Source: an uncultured Chthoniobacter sp.
GTDB lineage: Bacteria > Verrucomicrobiota > Verrucomicrobiia > Chthoniobacterales > JACTMZ01
Assembly: GCA_964516705.1 (NCBI GenBank)
Contig: CAZEYV010000077.1
Location: 1 to 61,323, forward strand
Length of the DNA stretch: 61,323 bases
Direction: 5' to 3'
In this document: positions 57,139 through 61,323 of the stretch, one piece after another
Numbering within the stretch: the stretch's first letter is position 1
How the letters are laid out: each line of letters begins with the position of its first letter
Translations under genes and position numbers: made by a program
Notes under the pieces: model-generated
Seen by the model: only the letters and a program-made list of their open reading frames with translations
Database searches by the model: none
Told to the model about the DNA's origin: nothing

Positions 57139-58331
57139 GCGACCACGGAACCAAGATCAGCTCGAAGGAATTCTTCGATTACCAGGGCTTCGGCGGGAAG
57201 TTGCTCTTCACCGTTGCCCTGGCCGTCCTTTCCCTAGGCCTCGCCGCGTGGGGCGGATTCCTCTCGTCCAAGCAGTTCGCCTTCTCCTGGCTCTTCGCCT
57301 TCACCTTTTTCTTCACCATCATGGCCGGGTCCCTCTTCTGGATCCTCGTGCACCATGCGGTCGATGCCGACTGGAGCGTGGTCGTGCGACGGCAACTGGA
57401 AAACATCGCCTGGCTCTTCCCCGTGCTGGCCATCCTCTTCATCCCGATCATCTTCAACGCGCCGACGCTCTTCAAATGGATGAAGATCGAACCCGGCGTG
57501 GATCCCTTGCTCGACGGCAAGGCGGCTTATTTGAACGAGCCGTTTTTCTGGACGCGCGCCGGGTTTTATTTCCTCTTCTTCAGCCTCGCGACCTACCTGC
57601 TGCGCCGCAACTCGGTGCGGCAGGATCAGGACGGCGATCCGCGTCACACGTGGCTCTCGCGCAAGATGGTGTTCCCCATGCTCCCGCTCTTCGCGCTGTC
57701 GCTGACCTTCGGCGCGTTCGATTGGCTGATGGGCCTCGACTTCCACTGGTTCTCCACCATGTGGGGCGTCTACATCTTCGCCGGCTCGGCCCTCAGTTCG
57801 ATGTGCGTGCTCGTCCTGCTCGTGACCGCGCTGCGCAGTGCGGGTTACCTCGAAGGCGTCGTGACCATCGAGCACTACCACATCATGGGCAAGCTGATGC
57901 TGGCCTTCACCGTCTTCTGGGCCTACATCGGCTTCAGCCAATACATGCTCATCTGGTATGCGAACATCCCGGAAGAAACCGTCTGGTTCCTCCGCCGCAA
58001 TACCGGGAGCTGGAACACGCTCAACATCATCCTGGTGATCGGACACTTCTTCGTGCCCTTCGTCATTCTGCTTTTCCAGGCGACGAAGAAAAAACCGCTT
58101 CTCCTCTGCGCCGTGGCCGCGTGGATCCTGCTGATGCACATCCTAGATCTCTACATCATCGTGTTGCCGACCTACCACAAGGCCGGCGCCTCGCCGCACT
58201 GGCTCGACCTCGTCTGCCTGCTGGCCATCGGCGCCACGCTGGCCGCCATTTTCCTGAAACGCCTCGGCGACGCGCCGCTCTGGCCGGTCAAAGACCCGCG
58301 CCTCGGCAACTCGCTGAAACTCCGCAACTGA
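57135..58331 (+). CDS. actF: Alternative Complex III membrane subunit ActF (second NrfD-like subunit)
   Basis: ATGA overlap with actE. About 10 TM helices. Sits at the expected position after actE. Confidence 0.8.
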   Translation: MSDHGTKISSKEFFDYQGFGGKLLFTVALAVLSLGLAAWGGFLSSKQFAFSWLFAFTFFFTIMAGSLFWILVHHAVDADWSVVVRRQLENIAWLFPVLAILFIPIIFNAPTLFKWMKIEPGVDPLLDGKAAYLNEPFFWTRAGFYFLFFSLATYLLRRNSVRQDQDGDPRHTWLSRKMVFPMLPLFALSLTFGAFDWLMGLDFHWFSTMWGVYIFAGSALSSMCVLVLLVTALRSAGYLEGVVTIEHYHIMGKLMLAFTVFWAYIGFSQYMLIWYANIPEETVWFLRRNTGSWNTLNIILVIGHFFVPFVILLFQATKKKPLLLCAVAAWILLMHILDLYIIVLPTYHKAGASPHWLDLVCLLAIGATLAAIFLKRLGDAPLWPVKDPRLGNSLKLRN

Positions 58332-58801
58332 TGGACCACACGCCACACAGCACCGCCCCGCGCGAGAAGAGCATCTGGCCGATGTTCACCGGCGCCATCG
58401 TGCTTTTCGCGCTTTTTGCCCTCGGCGTCGTCTGGATGCTCCGTTCGGGTGACCCGGCCTCCTACGACGAGGAAGCCATCCGTGCCAAGGAGCGCTATGA
58501 CATTCTGGCCAAGATCGAGGAGGAAAACAAGGCCCTCATCACCGGCTACGGCTGGGCCGACCAAGCCAAGGGCACGGTCCGCATCCCGCTCGACCGCGCC
58601 ATGGAACTGGTCGTGGCCAAGCTGGCCACACAGGGCGAACCGCGTCCGGCTTACCCTGTCGACCCGAACGTCCCGCTCGGCTCCGCGGTCAAACCCGGCG
58701 GCCTCGCCGCCGCACAACCGACCCCTCCGCCTTTCAACACCCCGGCACCCGCAGCGCCCGCCATCGAGGTGCCGACACCGGAGACTCCCGCCGCCCCATG
58801 A
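58331..58801 (+). CDS. Membrane-anchored hypothetical protein at the ACIII/cbb3 junction
   Basis: TGATG overlap with actF. One TM helix (IWPMFTGAIVLFALFALGVVWML), a soluble domain, and a Pro/Ala-rich tail. It is the 3' part of track ORF 57020..58801. Confidence 0.5.
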   Translation: MDHTPHSTAPREKSIWPMFTGAIVLFALFALGVVWMLRSGDPASYDEEAIRAKERYDILAKIEEENKALITGYGWADQAKGTVRIPLDRAMELVVAKLATQGEPRPAYPVDPNVPLGSAVKPGGLAAAQPTPPPFNTPAPAAPAIEVPTPETPAAP

Positions 58802-59019
58802 CCACGATCATTTACATCCTGCTCGCGGCCGGACTCGTCTTTTTCGGCGGAACCACGCTGGCCGCTTTCTACTGGGCGGCCAAGACCGGGCAATTCCGCA
58901 ATCTTGAAGACGGTTCGAAGTCCATTTTTGATGAAGACGAACCCGTCGGCACCGCCACGGACGCCTTTGCCGACAAACAAGCCGACCGCCCGCTGCGGCG
59001 CGGTGCCGCTGCCAACTGA
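58798..59019 (+). CDS. ccoS: cbb3-type cytochrome oxidase maturation protein CcoS/FixS
   Basis: MTTIIYILLAAGLVFFGGTTLAAFYWAAKTGQFRNLEDGSKSIFDEDE fits the CcoS pattern (TM helix, then SGQFDDL...DDD). 4-nt overlap with the upstream gene. Confidence 0.7.
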   Translation: MTTIIYILLAAGLVFFGGTTLAAFYWAAKTGQFRNLEDGSKSIFDEDEPVGTATDAFADKQADRPLRRGAAAN

Positions 59020-59021
59020 TC

Positions 59022-60497
59022 ATGAGCGCGACTTTGACCGAAGCCCATCCTTCCACCGTGACCCCTGAAATGGAGAAGGCGCAGCGCGCGGCCATCGACG
59101 AATCGACGCGTTTGCCCGTCGTGCTTTTTTACGCCTCGGCCGTCTTCTGGTTGCTGGTCGGCACGGTCTTCGCATTGCTCGCGTCCTTCAAGATGAACGC
59201 GCCGACTTTGCTCGATCAGTGGAGCTGGATGACGTTCGGACGTGTGCGTCCGGCGCATTTGAATGCGGTGGCCTACGGTTGGGCGGCCTCGGCCGGCATC
59301 GGCACCGGTCTTTGGCTCATGGCCCGCCTTTGCCGCACGCCGCTGCGTCATAGCAAACTCCTTATCGGCGCCGCCATTTTCTGGAATATCGGCATTCTCG
59401 TCGGGATCCTCGGTATTCTCGCCGGCGACGGTCGTTCCATCGAGTGGCTCGAATTCCCGAACTACGCGAGCTTCATGCTCTTCGTGGCCTTCGGTCTCAT
59501 CGCCGTGTGGGCTATCATCATGTTCCGCTTCCGCCAACCCGGGCACGTTTATGTCAGCCAATGGTATTTGCTCGCGGCCTTCCTCTGGTTCCCGTGGCTT
59601 TATTCCACGGCCAACCTCCTGCTCAATTTCGAACCGATCCAGGGCGGCGCGCAGGGCGCGGTCAATTGGTGGTATGGACACAACGCCCTCGGTTTGTGGT
59701 TCACCCCGCTCGGACTGGCCACTGCGTATTATCTCATTCCCAAGGTCCTCGGGCGTCCGATCCACAGCTACTACCTCAGTATCCTCGGTTTCTGGTCGCT
59801 CGCGCTTTTTTACAGTTGGAACGGCATGCACCATCTCATCGGCGGACCGTTCCCCGCGTGGCTGATCAGCGCCAGCGTGGTGGCCAGCGTGATGATGTTC
59901 ATTCCGGTCATCACCACCGCGATCAACCACCACATGACGGTGCGCGGCAATTTCCAGGCGCTGAAATGGAGCCCGACTCTGCGCTTCACCGTCTTCGGTG
60001 CGATGTGCTACACGCTGGCCAGCGTGCAAGGGATCTTCATGGCGATTCCGTCGCTCAACATCGTCACCCACTTCACGCACTACACGGTCGGTCACGCCCA
60101 CCTCGGACTGTATGCCTTCTTCACCATGATCATGTTCGGCGCGATGTATTACATCCTGCCGCGCGTGGTCGGATGGGAATGGCCGTCCGCCCGTCTCATC
60201 CGCTGGCATTTCTGGCTGGTGGCCATCGGCATCGGGATGATGGTCGTCGTGCTGACTCTCGGCGGCATCCTGCAGGGCCTCGCGCTGCTTGATCCCAACA
60301 TCACCTTCATGGCCTCGCTCGACTACACCAAGCCGTGGTTGTTCCTGCGCAGCGTGTCGGGAATCCTGCTCACCGCCGGCCATCTCGTTTTCGCCGTCAG
60401 CTTCACCCTGCTCCTGCTCAAAGTCGGATCCCTCCGCACCGAGCCCACGCTGTTCGGCAGCGACCAAGGCCGCCAACCGGAACCGCTCAACGTATGA
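59022..60497 (+). CDS. ccoN: cbb3-type cytochrome c oxidase subunit I
   Basis: WWYGHNALGLWFTP, YYLIPK, NGMHHL, HFTHYTVGHAHLGLY. 12-plus TM helices. Confidence 0.93.
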   Translation: MSATLTEAHPSTVTPEMEKAQRAAIDESTRLPVVLFYASAVFWLLVGTVFALLASFKMNAPTLLDQWSWMTFGRVRPAHLNAVAYGWAASAGIGTGLWLMARLCRTPLRHSKLLIGAAIFWNIGILVGILGILAGDGRSIEWLEFPNYASFMLFVAFGLIAVWAIIMFRFRQPGHVYVSQWYLLAAFLWFPWLYSTANLLLNFEPIQGGAQGAVNWWYGHNALGLWFTPLGLATAYYLIPKVLGRPIHSYYLSILGFWSLALFYSWNGMHHLIGGPFPAWLISASVVASVMMFIPVITTAINHHMTVRGNFQALKWSPTLRFTVFGAMCYTLASVQGIFMAIPSLNIVTHFTHYTVGHAHLGLYAFFTMIMFGAMYYILPRVVGWEWPSARLIRWHFWLVAIGIGMMVVVLTLGGILQGLALLDPNITFMASLDYTKPWLFLRSVSGILLTAGHLVFAVSFTLLLLKVGSLRTEPTLFGSDQGRQPEPLNV

Positions 60498-61117
60498 ACC
60501 GGATGCCTGTCCTCGTCATCGGGATTTTCCTGACCTTTCTGAGTTCCTGGCTCGGGCTGGTCGCCTATCCCTATTTCGCGCTCGGGCGTTTCACGCCGGT
60601 GACCGACGAGGAAACGGGCGACATCAATCCGCCACCGCTCTCCGGTCTGGCGGAACGCGGCCAGCAAGTCTATGCCTCGGCCGGATGTATTTATTGTCAT
60701 AGCCAGCAGGTCCGCCAAGTCGGCTACGGCAGCGACCTCGAGCGCGGCTGGGGCGCGCGCCCCACCGTGGCACGCGACTACATGCGCGAAAATCCCGTGT
60801 TCCTCGGCACCATGCGCACGGGTCCCGACCTGACCAACATCGGAGCCCGCCAACCCAGCGAGATGTGGCATCACCAGCATCTTTACCAGCCGGGCACGGT
60901 CAGTCCCGGCTCAATCATGCCGAGCTACAAATACCTTTACCGCACCCAGAAAATCGAAGGTCAGCGTTCGGCCGAAGCAATCGATTTGCTTCCGCCCGAG
61001 ACACCCCCGGACGGCTATGAAGTTGTCCCGACCTACGAAGCCGAGGCCCTTGTCGCGTATTTGCTCTCGCTCAACCGCAACTATCCCTTGCCGGAGGCAC
61101 CGGAACCGCCGCAATGA
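60494..61117 (+). CDS. ccoO: cbb3-type cytochrome c oxidase subunit II (monohaem)
   Basis: ATGA overlap with ccoN. TM anchor. GQQVYASAGCIYCHSQQVR haem motif. GPDLTNIG, MPSY. Confidence 0.88.
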   Translation: MNRMPVLVIGIFLTFLSSWLGLVAYPYFALGRFTPVTDEETGDINPPPLSGLAERGQQVYASAGCIYCHSQQVRQVGYGSDLERGWGARPTVARDYMRENPVFLGTMRTGPDLTNIGARQPSEMWHHQHLYQPGTVSPGSIMPSYKYLYRTQKIEGQRSAEAIDLLPPETPPDGYEVVPTYEAEALVAYLLSLNRNYPLPEAPEPPQ

Positions 61118-61323
61118 TCGACGACCCGCACAAACCCGGATCTGACGAACTGCAGTCCCGCCTCGAAGGCGAGGGGCTCAACGTGCGCGATGTGCATGGT
61201 GCCATCCTGCGCGAGAAGGACGACCCGCGCGACGGCTACGAGCCCATTCCGCTGTGGCTTGTTTCGGCTTTCATGGCCCTGGTGTTCTGGGCCGGTGCCT
61301 ATCTCGCCTTCAACAGCGGCGGC
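61114..61323 (+). CDS. 3'-partial membrane-anchored protein, probably CcoP-like c-type cytochrome (N-terminal FixP_N-like region only)
   Basis: ATGA overlap with the ccoO stop. MIDDPHKPG...DGYEPIPLWLVSAFMALVFWAGAYLAF resembles the CcoP N-terminal P-x-W-W/L plus TM segment. The frame stays open to the window edge. Not in the supplied track. Confidence 0.5.
   Translation, partial: MIDDPHKPGSDELQSRLEGEGLNVRDVHGAILREKDDPRDGYEPIPLWLVSAFMALVFWAGAYLAFNSGG

Overview
This is a 61.3-kb, very GC-rich chromosomal window. G+C looks like roughly two-thirds by eye; I did not compute it. It is densely packed with mostly housekeeping genes. The gene content is consistent with a Verrucomicrobiota (Opitutales-like) genome: a PEP-CTERM protein, a prepilin-type N-terminal protein, Alternative Complex III joined to a cbb3 oxidase, and pqiAB. 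That taxonomic assignment is inference only.

Recognisable content, left to right:
- a RAYT (REP-associated tyrosine transposase) flanked by REP doublets
- a MASE1-PAS histidine kinase and a NarL-type response regulator, separated by a small nucleotidyltransferase two-gene module
- PBP2
- a small cluster: lipoprotein, small TM protein, tandem winged-helix protein, and a membrane-thioesterase fusion
- cydAB
- a PQQ sugar dehydrogenase
- a low-GC islet carrying a PEP-CTERM gene
- a pilin-like gene
- zur, divergent from znuACB plus a hydrolase
- an M24 peptidase, a YugP-like Zn peptidase, thiD and an S41 peptidase
- a DUF5989 microprotein and an SGNH/TPR protein
- an RND efflux pair
- a GT2-like gene, an M29-like peptidase and an OvoA-C-like methyltransferase
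- rmuC, pqiAB, leuB, exbD plus a TPR protein, a HAD hydrolase, argF, argD and a DUF192 protein
- an 11-gene, translationally coupled operon with actABCDEF, an unknown gene, ccoS and ccoNO(P)

I found no rRNA, tRNA, CRISPR array, integrase or prophage.

The most striking structure not explained by genes is a dense population of GTAG-headed palindromic repeats (REP/BIME-like). There are several sequence flavours, and they fill many of the longer intergenic gaps. One flavour flanks the RAYT and also sits inside the predicted leader of the pilin-like gene.

Other points worth a second look:
- a 192-bp module bounded by inverted repeats, in a 557-bp gene-free region
- a pair of near-identical 16-bp palindromes bracketing the lipoprotein gene
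- a protein made only of two tandem OmpR/PhoB-like winged-helix domains
- a recent 717-bp internal duplication in pqiB

Many long ORFs in the supplied track are antisense or shadow frames typical of high-GC DNA, and I rejected them.
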